From assembly GCA_963730185.1 (NCBI GenBank), contig CAVSQW010000006.1, positions 160,001 through 224,000 on the forward strand: 64,000 bases of DNA, read 5' to 3'. The stretch is from an uncultured Gemmatimonadales bacterium (GTDB lineage: Bacteria > Gemmatimonadota > Gemmatimonadetes > Gemmatimonadales > GWC2-71-9). How positions within the stretch are numbered: the stretch's first letter is position 1; each line of letters begins with the position of its first letter. This document shows, in pieces, positions 9,128-22,700 of the stretch. A program made the translations under genes and the position numbers. The notes under the pieces are model-generated. The model saw only the letters and a program-made list of their open reading frames with translations. It was not told where the DNA came from and ran no database searches.

Positions 9128-11776
9128 ATGCCGGCCCGGCTTCGGACCTGGCTCCGCGCCGTCTTCCGGCGGGGTGAGTGGGAGCGCGACCTCGCGGAGG
9201 AGCTGGCGTCGCACGTGGCGCTGAGAGCGGCCGACCTGGTGAGGGGCGGGATGGAGCCCGACCGGGCCGAGCGTCAGGCCCGGCTCGAGCTGGGCGCGCG
9301 GGAGGCTCACCGGGAGAGCGCCCGCCAGAGCTTCGGTCTCCGGTGGATCGACGAGCTGATCCAGGACCTCCGCTATGCCGGACGCACGCTCCGGCGGAGT
9401 CCGCTGCTGGTGGCGGTCGCGACGCTCTCGCTCGGTCTCGGCATCGGCGCCAACACCGTCGCCTTCAGCGTCCTCAACGCCCTGATCCTCCGCCGGCCAC
9501 CGGTGGCGGAGGCGGACCGGCTCCGGTTCTTCGACACCAATCGCGGGCCGACCCTGTCGTTCCCCGACTATCGCGACCTCCGGGACGAGAACCGGACCTT
9601 CGACGGGCTGGCGGCGTTCCGTCCCGCGCCGATGGGACTCGGGACCGCGGGCGCCACTCGCCGGGTTTGGGGAATGATCGTCACCGGGAACTACTTCACG
9701 CTGCTGGGCGTCGAGCCGGCGCTCGGCCGCTTCTTTCGGACCGACGACGATCGGGCTCCGGGGGCCAACCCGGTCGCGGTGCTGTCGCACGAGGCGTGGC
9801 GGACTCGGTTCGGGGCCGATTCCGCGATCGTGGGGCGGACGGTGCGGATCAACGACCTCGCGTTTCAGGTGCTCGGGGTGGCCCCGCCAGGCTTCTTCGG
9901 CACGGAGTTCATCTACCGGCCGGAGCTCTGGGTCCCGATGTCGATGCAGCCCCAGATCGAAGGGTGGTCGTGGCTGGACGAGCGGCCCACGCAGAACGCG
10001 ATGGTGGTAGGCCGGCTGGCGGCGGGGGTGTCCGCGGATCGGGCCGAAGCCGACGTCAACCGCATCCTGGCCGACGTGGGCAAACGGTTTCCGGCGACGA
10101 GCGCGGGGGTGAGGGCCCACCTGACCCAACCCGGCTTGGTCGGCGACGCCGGCCGGGGCCCGGCCCGGGCCTTTCTGAGCGGGGTGATGGCCCTGGCCCT
10201 GGTGGTCCTGCTGGCGGCGATCGTCAACCTGACCAGCCTCATCGCCGCGCGGACCCGGGAGCGGTCGCGCGAGATTGCCCTTCGGGTGTCGATCGGCGCC
10301 GGCCGGGGGCGGGTGCTCCGGCAGCTGACGACCGAAACCCTCCTGCTCTCGCTGATCGGCGCGGGGCTCGGCTGGGTCGGCGCCCGCGCCATTCTGGGGG
10401 CGCTCTCTCGCTGGGAGCTCCCGATCGGAATCCCGCTCCGGGTCGCGGTGGAGCCCGACGGGCGGGTGTTCGGATTCGCCCTCCTGGTGACGGTCGCGAT
10501 CGGTCTGGTCGTCGGCGCGGCGTCGGCGCGGCAGGCCTGGGGGGTGGACCTGGTGGGCACCCTCAAGAACGAGCCCGGCGCGAGGCGGGTCCGCCGGGGG
10601 CTCGGACGGGAGGCCCTGCTCGGCCTCCAGGTGGCGATGGCGACGGTGTTGCTCACCGCGACCGCCGCCTCGATCCGCGGGCTGACCGCGGCCCTCCGGA
10701 TGCCGATCGGGTTCGAGCGCCGAGGCCTGGCCGTGGCCGGGTTCGACCAGGCGCTGGAGCCCAAGTCCCGAGAGGAGATGCAGGCCTTTCAGCGCCGGGT
10801 GATCGATCAGGTAGCGAGGCTCCCCGGGGTGACCTCGGCGGCGCTCGCGGCCGCCTTGCCACTCACCTACGACCACTCCCGGACGTCGGTCTTCCCGGAC
10901 GGCACCGCCGATTTCCGAGCGTCGAGCGCCATCACGGCGACCGACCTCCGGGTGTCGCCCGGCTACTTCGAGACCCTGCGCACCCCGATCGTCGCGGGAC
11001 GCGCGTTCACGTGGCACGACGACCAGGAGGCGCCACTGGTCGCGGTCGTCAACCGCGCGTTCGGCCGGCAGGTGTTCGGCGAAACGCACGACGACGGCCT
11101 CCTCGGCCGGCGGTACCGATGGACGCGCGACGGGCCAGCGGTGCTGATCGTGGGCGTGGTGCCCGACGGGAAGTACACCACCCTGACCGAGGATCCGCGA
11201 CCGGCCGTCTTCCGTCCATTGACCCAGGCCGCCAACTCGACCGCCCTGGTGGTGGCCCGGAGCTCGGCGCCGGTCGCCGCCACGGCCGAGCTCCTCCGAG
11301 AGACCCTGACCCGGCTCGACCCGCACGTGCCGCTCTTCGCCGTGGGGAGCGTCGACCAGCTGACCGAGATCGCCTTCCTGCCGTCGCAGGTGGCCAGCTG
11401 GGCCTTGGGGGCGTTCGGACTGCTGGCCGTGATGCTCGCCGTCACCGGGATCTATGGCACGGCGGCCTACGTGGTGAGCCGCCGGGCCCGCGAGATCGGG
11501 GTCCGGGTGGCCCTCGGCGCGCGACCGGTCCAGGTGCTCCGGTTCACGCTGGGGCGAACGGCGCTGGTCCTGCTGGCCGGCTCGCTCGCCGGCCTGGCGC
11601 TCGCCGCGGCGGCCGCCCGCCTCCTGGAGAGCGTGGTGTACCAGGCCTCGGCCCGAGACCCCTGGGTGCTGCTGCTGGCCGCGGTCGCCATGGCGGTGGT
11701 GGGACTCCTGGCGGCGCTGTCGCCGGCCCTTCGAGCGCTCTCGCTCGATCCGTTGAAGGTGCTCCGGGCGGAATAG
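9128..11776 (+). CDS. ADOP-type duplicated ABC permease (MacB/FtsX domains)
   Basis: EELASH, QDLRYAGRTLRRSP, LGLGIGANT, two REIxxRxxxGA motifs, C-terminal DPLKVLRAE. Confidence 0.92.
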   Translation: MPARLRTWLRAVFRRGEWERDLAEELASHVALRAADLVRGGMEPDRAERQARLELGAREAHRESARQSFGLRWIDELIQDLRYAGRTLRRSPLLVAVATLSLGLGIGANTVAFSVLNALILRRPPVAEADRLRFFDTNRGPTLSFPDYRDLRDENRTFDGLAAFRPAPMGLGTAGATRRVWGMIVTGNYFTLLGVEPALGRFFRTDDDRAPGANPVAVLSHEAWRTRFGADSAIVGRTVRINDLAFQVLGVAPPGFFGTEFIYRPELWVPMSMQPQIEGWSWLDERPTQNAMVVGRLAAGVSADRAEADVNRILADVGKRFPATSAGVRAHLTQPGLVGDAGRGPARAFLSGVMALALVVLLAAIVNLTSLIAARTRERSREIALRVSIGAGRGRVLRQLTTETLLLSLIGAGLGWVGARAILGALSRWELPIGIPLRVAVEPDGRVFGFALLVTVAIGLVVGAASARQAWGVDLVGTLKNEPGARRVRRGLGREALLGLQVAMATVLLTATAASIRGLTAALRMPIGFERRGLAVAGFDQALEPKSREEMQAFQRRVIDQVARLPGVTSAALAAALPLTYDHSRTSVFPDGTADFRASSAITATDLRVSPGYFETLRTPIVAGRAFTWHDDQEAPLVAVVNRAFGRQVFGETHDDGLLGRRYRWTRDGPAVLIVGVVPDGKYTTLTEDPRPAVFRPLTQAANSTALVVARSSAPVAATAELLRETLTRLDPHVPLFAVGSVDQLTEIAFLPSQVASWALGAFGLLAVMLAVTGIYGTAAYVVSRRAREIGVRVALGARPVQVLRFTLGRTALVLLAGSLAGLALAAAAARLLESVVYQASARDPWVLLLAAVAMAVVGLLAALSPALRALSLDPLKVLRAE

Positions 11777-11792
11777 GGCCGGGGCGAAGCGC

Positions 11793-14426
11793 TCACTCCG
11801 AGGCGATGGCTTCGAGCGGCCGGATCCGGGCCGCCCGGAGCCCCGGCAGCCAGCAGGCGAGGAGCGCGGTCGCGCCGAGCACGACCACCACCCCCACCAG
11901 GGTGCCGGGATCCGTGGGGGCGACGCCATAGAGCAGCGTGCCAAGCCACCGGGCCACCAGGAGCGAAAGGGCCAGCCCGATCGCGGTGCCGCCCGCGGCA
12001 TAGCGCATTCCCCGCCTCACCACCATCCACCGAACGGCCGCCGGATCGGCGCCGAGCGCGATCCGGACGCCGATCTCCCGCCGCTCCCGGCGGACGGCGT
12101 ACGACATCAGACCGAAGATGCCGACCGCCGCGAGGAAGAGCGCCAGCGAAGCGAACGCGGCGACGACCCCGGTTCGGCGAAGGGGATCGGCGAGCGAGGC
12201 CTCGAGCCGGTCGGCGAGCACGGTCTCGGTTCCGGCCAGCTCCGGGTCGAGCCCGGCCAACCGATCGCGCACGACCCGAGTGGTCGCCCCGACGTCGCCA
12301 CCTCGGACCACCAGGTAGGCCTGCCGGGCGGGATACTGGGTCAGCGGGACGTACACCGCGTCGCCTTCGCCCCCGAGTCCGAGGTACTTCACGTCGCCCA
12401 CGACGCCCACGACGGTGGTCGGGGGACAGGTCCGGCACCCTCCCTCGAAGAGCTCGCGCCCGAGGACCCGCTCGCCCGGGAAATACCGATCGGCCCAGGC
12501 CCGGCTCACCACGGCCACCGGGCGTGCGGCGCCGCTGTCGGCCGGGGTGAACAGGCGGCCCTCCACCAGGGGAATGGCCAGCGCCGCGAAGTAGCCGTCC
12601 GTCACGGCGGCCCAGGGCGCCGTCGGCTGGGCCGCGCCCTCGGGCACGGGCTTGTCGCGGAGATCGAAGTTGTTGGTGGAGTTGCCCTGATCGTCGGGCG
12701 GGAGGGTGGTCGCGATCCCGGCCGACACGACGCCGGGCGCCGCGCCGATCCGCTCGACCGTCCGGCGCCAGAAGGCCTGGACCTCGTCGTAACCCGGGTA
12801 CCGGGAGGCCGGCAATGCCACGGCCACGCCCACCACGCCGGTCGGGTCGACCCCGGGGTCGACCCGCTGCAGCCCGAGGAAGGTGCGGAGCAGCAGGCCG
12901 GCCCCCACCAGGAGCGGGAGCGCCAGCGCGAACTCGGCCACGACGAAGGCACCGCGGATCGCCTGGCTCCGCCGGGAGGCACCGCTCCGGCGAAGGTCGC
13001 CGGCCCGCGGCACCCCGGCAAGGCCCGCCAGCACGGCGGACACCGGCGACACCGCCACCAGGATTCCGGCGGCGAGCCAGGCGCCGACCGCGAACAGCAG
13101 GGTCGACCCGCCGAGGGCCGCGCCCTCGATCCGGGGGAGGGCGGGCGCGACCACCGGAGCCAGACCGATTCCGAGCCGGGCAAACGCCAGCCCCACCAGC
13201 CCAGCCGCCGCCGCCAGCACCAGGCACTCCACCAGCACCAGCCGAGCCAGCCGAAGCCGGCCCGCGCCGACCGCGGCGCGGAGCGCCAGCTCCGACTCCC
13301 GGGCCGACGCCCGCACCAGCATCAGGGTGGCGACGTTGGCCACCGCGATCAGCAGCAGCAGCGCGACCGCGCCGCCGAACAGCTCGACCTGCCTGGGCGC
13401 GCCGCCCACGATCGCGTCGAGCAGCGGCACCGGCGTCAAGCGGGCCTCGGCGTCCTGGAAGCTCGACTGCCAGACCGGGAAGATCGTTCGGCTGATCCGG
13501 TCCAGGTCGGCCCGGGCGGCCGCGAGGGTCACTCCCGGCGCCAGCCGGGCGATGCCCTGAGTCCAGAACGGACCCCGCCGGGTCGGAGGGCGGAGCTCGA
13601 GCCCGGTCCAGGCATCGGCCCGGAAGCCCGCCAACCGGTCCACCCCGGGCGGAAGGACGCCGACCACCACGTGGCTCACGCCGTCGAGCGTCACCGACCG
13701 CCCGATCGCCGCGCGCGGGGTCGGTCCCAGCCGGCGGGCCAGGTCGTGGGAGAGCACCGCCACCCGGGGCGCGTCGGAGCGATCGTCGCTCGGCGCCACC
13801 ACCCGGCCCGCGACCGGCGTCACGCCGAGTGCCTGGAAGAAGCCGGAGGTCGCGCGGCCCACCATGATCTGCTCCGGCGCACCGCCCAGACCGGAGAGAG
13901 CCATCCCGGTCCGCGAGACGGCGCCGAACGCGGCCAGGCTCCGCTGATCGGCGGCGATGGCCTCGACGTCGACGGTCGACAGGTTCCAGAGGTTGGTGGG
14001 CGAGTTCTTCTCGTAGATCCGGACCAGGCGGTCCGGGTCCGGATACGGCAGCTTCGCGAAGAGCACCGCGTCGGCCACGGCGTAGACCGCCGTGGCGGCG
14101 CCCAGACCGAGGCCGAGCACCAGCACGGCCGCGGCGGTAAAGCCGGGGCTCCGCCGGAGGGCCCGGACCGCGTACCGCACGTCACCCATCAAGTCCTGGA
14201 GCGGACCGACTCCCCGTGCCTCTCGGACCTCCTCCTTGGTGGACTCGACCCCGCCCAGGACCAGAATGGCCTCCCGGCGGGCCTGCACCGGATCGGCGCC
14301 GCGGCGGACCCGCTCCTCCACCTCTCGCTCGAGGTGGAAGCGAAGCTCCTCGTCCAGCTCCCGCTCTTCCCGGTCGCCCCGGAGCAGGGCTCGAAGGCGG
14401 ACCAGCAGATCGCTCCACCCGATCAC
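11793..14426 (-). CDS. ADOP-type duplicated ABC permease
   Basis: LDEELRFHLE, DVRYAVRALRRSPGF, REIGVRIALGA; GTG start overlaps the padR stop. Confidence 0.92.
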   Translation of the reverse strand: MIGWSDLLVRLRALLRGDREERELDEELRFHLEREVEERVRRGADPVQARREAILVLGGVESTKEEVREARGVGPLQDLMGDVRYAVRALRRSPGFTAAAVLVLGLGLGAATAVYAVADAVLFAKLPYPDPDRLVRIYEKNSPTNLWNLSTVDVEAIAADQRSLAAFGAVSRTGMALSGLGGAPEQIMVGRATSGFFQALGVTPVAGRVVAPSDDRSDAPRVAVLSHDLARRLGPTPRAAIGRSVTLDGVSHVVVGVLPPGVDRLAGFRADAWTGLELRPPTRRGPFWTQGIARLAPGVTLAAARADLDRISRTIFPVWQSSFQDAEARLTPVPLLDAIVGGAPRQVELFGGAVALLLLIAVANVATLMLVRASARESELALRAAVGAGRLRLARLVLVECLVLAAAAGLVGLAFARLGIGLAPVVAPALPRIEGAALGGSTLLFAVGAWLAAGILVAVSPVSAVLAGLAGVPRAGDLRRSGASRRSQAIRGAFVVAEFALALPLLVGAGLLLRTFLGLQRVDPGVDPTGVVGVAVALPASRYPGYDEVQAFWRRTVERIGAAPGVVSAGIATTLPPDDQGNSTNNFDLRDKPVPEGAAQPTAPWAAVTDGYFAALAIPLVEGRLFTPADSGAARPVAVVSRAWADRYFPGERVLGRELFEGGCRTCPPTTVVGVVGDVKYLGLGGEGDAVYVPLTQYPARQAYLVVRGGDVGATTRVVRDRLAGLDPELAGTETVLADRLEASLADPLRRTGVVAAFASLALFLAAVGIFGLMSYAVRRERREIGVRIALGADPAAVRWMVVRRGMRYAAGGTAIGLALSLLVARWLGTLLYGVAPTDPGTLVGVVVVLGATALLACWLPGLRAARIRPLEAIASE

Positions 14427-14770
14427 GACCCGACCTCCAGCGACCGACTGGCGAGAATCCCGTTCACCGCCCCGGCGGCGCGCTGCCAGCTCGCGACCCG
14501 GGCCTCCAGCTCGCGGCGGCCCTTGGCGGTGAGCTCGTAGTACCGAGCCCGGCGGCCGTTCTCGGTGATCCGCCACTCGGAGCGGATCCATCCCTTCCGG
14601 AGCATCCGCATCAAGGCGGGGTAGACGGAGCCCTGGGGGACCTGGAACACGTCCTTCGAGAGCTGGCCGATCCGCTGGCCCACACCCCAACCGTGCAGCG
14701 GGGCCAGGGAGAGGGCCTTGAGGATCAGCATTTCCAGAGTGCCCTGGAGCAGGTCGGCGGATTCGCCCAT
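14423..14770 (-). CDS. PadR-family transcriptional regulator
   Basis: LLQGTLEMLILK..HGWG..GSVYPAL..RRARYYELT. Confidence 0.93.
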   Translation of the reverse strand: MGESADLLQGTLEMLILKALSLAPLHGWGVGQRIGQLSKDVFQVPQGSVYPALMRMLRKGWIRSEWRITENGRRARYYELTAKGRRELEARVASWQRAAGAVNGILASRSLEVGS

Positions 14771-14775
14771 CGTCG

Positions 14776-14832
14776 CTCTCTTCTAGATGGTCTGTAGGAA
14801 GATACGCCTCTCTTCTAGAGGTGCAAGGGGTG
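14776..14832. promoter_or_regulatory. Probable tandem PadR operators
   Basis: CTCTCTTCTAGA repeated at 14776 and 14808, each followed by an imperfect inverted half-site; layout parallels 8725-8780. Confidence 0.55.
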
Positions 14833-14945
14833 GAACATAGGGAATAGGGAGTGGTGAATCGGGAGTGGGGAGTGACTTGGGACTTGGCATTAGGAGGCCA
14901 GCTCGGCGCGGAGGGCGGCGGCGCCCGGCGGTGGGATGCGGGGTG

Positions 14946-16169
14946 TTAGCGCGCCACCTGGAGCCGGGCCGCCAGGAAGTTCTCCGGCGCCCGGTCTCCG
15001 TCGGGCGCGCCGCCCTCGAACGTGGTGTGCTCGTACTCGATCATCAGCTTGGTCCGCCGGGCAAAGTACCAGTTGACACCGACCCCGACGCCGCGGGCTC
15101 GTCGAGCCGAGAGGGCGGGGTCGACGAACGCCGGGAAGGCGTCGGGGTCGGCGTCGACGCCTTCGACCCGGGCCGCGAGCTCCACGGCGCCCCAGTGATG
15201 GCGCTCGGGGTCGAGCTCGTGCTTGGGCGAGATCGTCCCGAACCCGGCGTGCTCGCCGGTGAGGAAGAACGATCCGGCCACCTGCCAGGCCGTGCTGGTG
15301 AAGGTGCCGGTCGACTGGCCCAGGCGGAGCGCATGCCGGCTCTGGGCGTACTCCGCCATCACGCCGAACGAGCCGCGGTAGAAGTAGGCCTGCGGGTCGA
15401 GCCGGCTCCGCCGCCCGTCGGCGATGACGGTCCCGCCCGGGAGGCCGGCCCGGTACTCGAGAATGGTCGCCTGACCCGGCGACCGCAGGGTCGAGGTCTC
15501 CGGCAGCTCGGGCGTGCCGTGCTCGGTCCCGGTGCTGGCGCCGACCCCGAAGCCGAGGTCGACCGGCGGGTGATCGCCCCGGCCGGCGAACGGGGTGATG
15601 AACACCCGGCCCACCAGGTCCTTGGCCGAGCTGGCGTCCTCGTTGCTGGTGCCGTAGTCCGGCACGCCGTTGAAGACCCCGACGTCGTAGGTCACCGTCC
15701 GACCGAACAGCTGGCCGCCGACGTTGATACCCAGGTCGCGCGCCTCAAGCAGGTACGCCGGGAGGCCGCGCTCGATCAAATGCAGGTCGGCCGACTTCAG
15801 GCTCGGCTCGAGCCCGACTCTTGGCTTGGTCTTCCCGACCAGAACGTTCAGCCCCTGGTGGAGCCGAACCTCGATGAACGCTTGCGCCAGCGAGGCGGTG
15901 CCACGGCTGATATCCGGCACCACCAGGAAGGTGAAGTACCGCGCGACCGTTCCCTCGACCGCGACCCGCGCCCGCCGGATCAGATAGCTCGACGCCGGGG
16001 CGTCCGGGCCCGAGGCGGGGTAGAAGCGGGCATCGGTCTGGAGGTAGCCCTCCACGTGGATCTCGGGCTGTTGGGCCGCGAGCGGCGTCGCTGCACCCAC
16101 CAGAGCGAGGAGGCCGGTCAGCGAGATCGAGAGACGCAGGGGTCCTTGGACACCTGGAAGTTGCGGCAT
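14946..16169 (-). CDS. OprO/OprP-family phosphate-selective porin
   Basis: Signal peptide, YLQTDARF, IRRAR, WGAVELAAR, GVNWY, beta-barrel terminus RLQVAR. Confidence 0.85.
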   Translation of the reverse strand: MPQLPGVQGPLRLSISLTGLLALVGAATPLAAQQPEIHVEGYLQTDARFYPASGPDAPASSYLIRRARVAVEGTVARYFTFLVVPDISRGTASLAQAFIEVRLHQGLNVLVGKTKPRVGLEPSLKSADLHLIERGLPAYLLEARDLGINVGGQLFGRTVTYDVGVFNGVPDYGTSNEDASSAKDLVGRVFITPFAGRGDHPPVDLGFGVGASTGTEHGTPELPETSTLRSPGQATILEYRAGLPGGTVIADGRRSRLDPQAYFYRGSFGVMAEYAQSRHALRLGQSTGTFTSTAWQVAGSFFLTGEHAGFGTISPKHELDPERHHWGAVELAARVEGVDADPDAFPAFVDPALSARRARGVGVGVNWYFARRTKLMIEYEHTTFEGGAPDGDRAPENFLAARLQVAR

Positions 16170-16283
16170 CGAAGCGGAGCTGAGAGGGATGAGTGGTTCG
16201 GGTCGTCGAAGATAGTCGAGGCCGGGCGCCCGAGGCCAACCCGATCGTTCTCCGCCGGGCCTCGCCCCGCTAGGTTGGGTGCC

Positions 16284-16970
16284 ATGTCACGACCGATCCA
16301 CACCGTTCTCTTCGACCTCGACGGCACTCTGCTCGACTCGATCCGGCTGATCGTCGACAGCTATCACCACACCCTCGCCGTGCACGGCTTTCCGCCCCGC
16401 ACCGACGAGCACTGGCTGGCCGGCATCGGCACGCCGCTCCGGGTCCAGTTCGCCGACTGGGCGCACGACCAGGCGCTGCTGACCGAGATGATCGCGACCT
16501 ACCGGGACTACAACGTCTCCAACCACGACCGGGTGGTCCGTCCCTATCCCGGGGCGGTGGAGCTGGTGCGGCGGCTCCGCGACGACGGGCTCCGGACCGG
16601 GCTGGTAACCAGCAAGCAGCGAACGGGCGCCGAGCGGGGCCTCCGCTTCCTGGGCCTGCTCGACGCGATGGACGTGATCGTGGCGGCCGACGAGGTGGAG
16701 AACCCCAAGCCGCACCCGGAGCCGGTGCTCAAGGCGATGGCGCACCTGGGCGTGGAGGCCACGGGCACCATCTACGTGGGCGACAGTACCCACGACATGG
16801 CCTCGGGCCGGGCGGCCGGCGCACTGACCGGGGCGGCCCTCTGGGGGCCGTTCGATCGGGACCACCTGGCGCCGACCGGGCCGGACTACTGGCTGGAGCA
16901 CCCCGAGTCGCTGCTCGGCGTGGTCGGCAACCACCGCTCGACCGGAGGCGACGCGCCGGCCGGAGCCTGA
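16284..16970 (+). CDS. HAD-superfamily hydrolase (PpaX-like)
   Basis: FDLDGTLLDS, VTSK, KPHPEP, YVGDSTHD. Confidence 0.9.
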   Translation: MSRPIHTVLFDLDGTLLDSIRLIVDSYHHTLAVHGFPPRTDEHWLAGIGTPLRVQFADWAHDQALLTEMIATYRDYNVSNHDRVVRPYPGAVELVRRLRDDGLRTGLVTSKQRTGAERGLRFLGLLDAMDVIVAADEVENPKPHPEPVLKAMAHLGVEATGTIYVGDSTHDMASGRAAGALTGAALWGPFDRDHLAPTGPDYWLEHPESLLGVVGNHRSTGGDAPAGA

Positions 16971-17034
16971 GCGGGCCCCGTGCCGGAGGTCTGGCCCCTC
17001 GCCCAACGGGAGGCGGGGGGCCAGATTGCGTCGG

Positions 17035-19722
<2,688 letters not shown>

Positions 19723-19731
19723 CGCCGCGAA

Positions 19732-22700
19732 TCACGAATCCAACGGCGAGACCGCCGGACCGGGACGATCCGCTCCGATGTCGGCGACCGTCGACTTCCG
19801 CTCGAGCTTGCCCCATCCCACGACCCGACCCTGCAGCGCGGCGATCGCCGAGCGGACCACGACCCAGTACATCACCTGGCGGTAGGCGAAGCGCTGGAGC
19901 AGCACCAGCCAGGACAGCCACCGCTCCTCCCCCGGCTCCATCACCAGGGCGATCACCGCCGCGAGCCAGTCGATCAGCAGAAAAGCGGTGTAGAAGAAGA
20001 CCACCTGTTCGAGCGACTGGAGGGCGTACTCGGCGCTGTGCTGGACGGCGTTGAGGTAGACGGCGACCAGGGACCAGAGAAAGAGCAGGTCGGCCACCGG
20101 GGAGATGAACGGGAAGAGCAGCTGGAAGATCCAGACGTTGGGCAGCGCGACCATGCCGAGGGTGCCGAAGCGGGGCCGGAGCAGGGTGCGGCGGTGCTTC
20201 CAGGCGCATTGGAGCGTGCCGAAGCTCCAGCGGAATCGTTGCCGGCTCAGCGTCCTCAGGGTATCGGGCGCCTCGGTGTACGCGACGGCTCGGTCGGCGT
20301 AGGCGATCCGCCAGCCGCGCTCCAGCAGGCTCAGGGTGAGGTCCTGATCCTCGGCCAGGGTATCGTCGGAGAACCCGCCAACCGCGACCACCAGCTCGCG
20401 GCGCCAGGCCCCCACGGCGCCGGGGACGACGGTGATGCAGTTCAGCAGGGAGAAGGCCCGGCGGTCGACGTTCTGGCTGGTGATGTACTCGATCGCCTGC
20501 CACCGGGTTACCAGGTTGATCCGGTTCCCGACTTTGGCGTTGCCGGCGACCGCACCGACCTTCGGATCGGCGAGCGGCTCGAGCAGGGCTCCGATCGTGT
20601 GGGGAGCGAAGAGGGTGTCGGCGTCGAGGGCCACCACCACCTCGCCGGTAGCCCGCGCCAGCCCGTAGTTGAGGGCGCTCGCCTTCCCGCCGTTGGGCTT
20701 GCGGAAGACCCGGACTTCCGGCCGGTGGGCAAAGGCCTCGCGGGCGGTGTCGAAGGTCTGGTCCGGTGACCCGTCGTCGACCACCAGGATCTCGAGCCCC
20801 GGCTGCTGCTGGTCCAGGATCGACTGCACGGTCCGGACGATGACCTTCTCTTCCCGAAAGGCGGGGATGATCACGCTCACGGAGGTCGGCACCGATCCGA
20901 CCGCGCGGCGCGGCCGCCGGTAGCGCTGGACCGCCGCGAGCGCGACCAGAAACGCCAGCCGGCCGAGTCCGAGCACGACCGCGACCAGGAAGACGAGCCG
21001 AAGCGCGAGGTCGATCCCCCCGAAGAGCGAGAACGAGCCCAGCTCGACGAACCGCTGGAGCCGGCCCCCGGGAGGCAGCGGGAGCATGACCTGGTCGCGA
21101 GTGAGCCCGGCGAGGGCGCTGACGGTGACGAAGCTGTCGCCCCGGGCCCGGACCGAATCGATCAAGGTTCCCAGCGCGGCGACCGTCTGCGACCGAACGC
21201 CGCCGCCGTCGTGAAGGAGGACGACGTTGCCCCGGTCCAGCTGGTCGAGCGCCCGCCGGACGATGGTGTCGGCGCCGGGGGTTTCCCAGTCGCCGGGATC
21301 GACGTGGAGACCGACGGTGATGTAGCCGAGCTCCTTCGCCTCGGTGATCGGGATCAGCTCGTCGGCGGTGGTCGGCTCGGCGTCGCCGAAGTACGGGGCC
21401 CGGAACAGCGTGGTCCGGCGGTCGATCAGGGCCTCGAGCAGCCGCCCGGTGGCGGTGAGCTCGAGCCGGGTGGTGAGCCGGCTGGCCAGGGCGAGGTTGG
21501 GATGGGTGAAGGTGTGGTTCCCGATCTCGTGGCCCTCGCGGAACTCCCGCCGGATCAGCTCGGGATGGCTCTCCGCGTTGATGCCGATGATGAAGAAGGT
21601 CGCGGGCACGCCGCGAGAGCGGAGGGTGTCCAGGATCGGCCCGGTGTAGCGGCCATCGGGACCGTCGTCGAAGGTGAGCGCGACCTGGTGCGGCCGGTGC
21701 CCGTACCGGCGGAGGACGTAGGTCGAGGGCAGGGTGCGAACCTGGCTCCGGCCGATCAGCCCGGTCTTCGGATCGACCGTGATGGTTCGGGAGCCGACCG
21801 TGGGCGTGGCGGCGAGATCGAGGATCTCGCCGACGCCCTGGAAGTCGACGTCGTAGCTCACTCGGATGACGGCGAGCGAGTCGGGCGCCCGGGTCAGGCC
21901 CTGGCGGCCGAGCACGCTCCAGAGCGAGGGATCCTCCGAGCCCAGCCGCCAGACGGCGAGGCCGCCGACCCCAAAGTTGGTGGCGGTCCGGATCTCGTTG
22001 TAGGCGGTGACCGCGTCGAGGTACCAGACGATGTGGTCGGTGCTGTCGGCATCGGTCCAGGCGAAGTACTCGTTGCCGGCGACGGAATCCAACGCCGGAA
22101 GGAGGTCGTGGTCGCGCGCCGCCTGGACGGTCTCCTGAAAATCGAGCTGATCGGCGACCGGCTGGTTCTCGTCCCATCGGTAACCGTACTGGCCGATGCC
22201 GAGGATGATCTTCCCGGGTGGGATCCGGGCCACCGTCCGGGCCAGCTCGTAGCGGAACCAGTCGCGGCTGGCGATCGGCCCGGGGTCGCCGGAGCCGTCG
22301 TTCTCGTCGTAGAGCATCAGGAACACCCGGTCGACGATCCGGGCGTAGGCCTCGATCGGCCAGCTGGGATCGCCGGCGGGAATCGCCTGGGTCACGAGTC
22401 GGCCGGCGGCCGAGAGGCGGGCCTTGAGCTGGCGGACGAAGGCGAGCAGCGCGGGCTGGAGCCGGGACGGCACCCGTTCGAAGTCGAGGGTGACACCGGC
22501 CAGATTCTCGCGAGCCAGGATCGCCGCGATCGAGTCGATCACCCGGGCCCGGACCGCGGGCTGGGTGAGGAGGGGACGGAGCCGGGCCGGATCGAACTCG
22601 CCCCCGGAGGCGTTGGTGATCATCAGGAGGATCTGGGGCGCCTCGGCGGCCTGGGCCACAGTCGCGAGGACCCGCCGGTCGATTCGAAACGCGATCGGTC

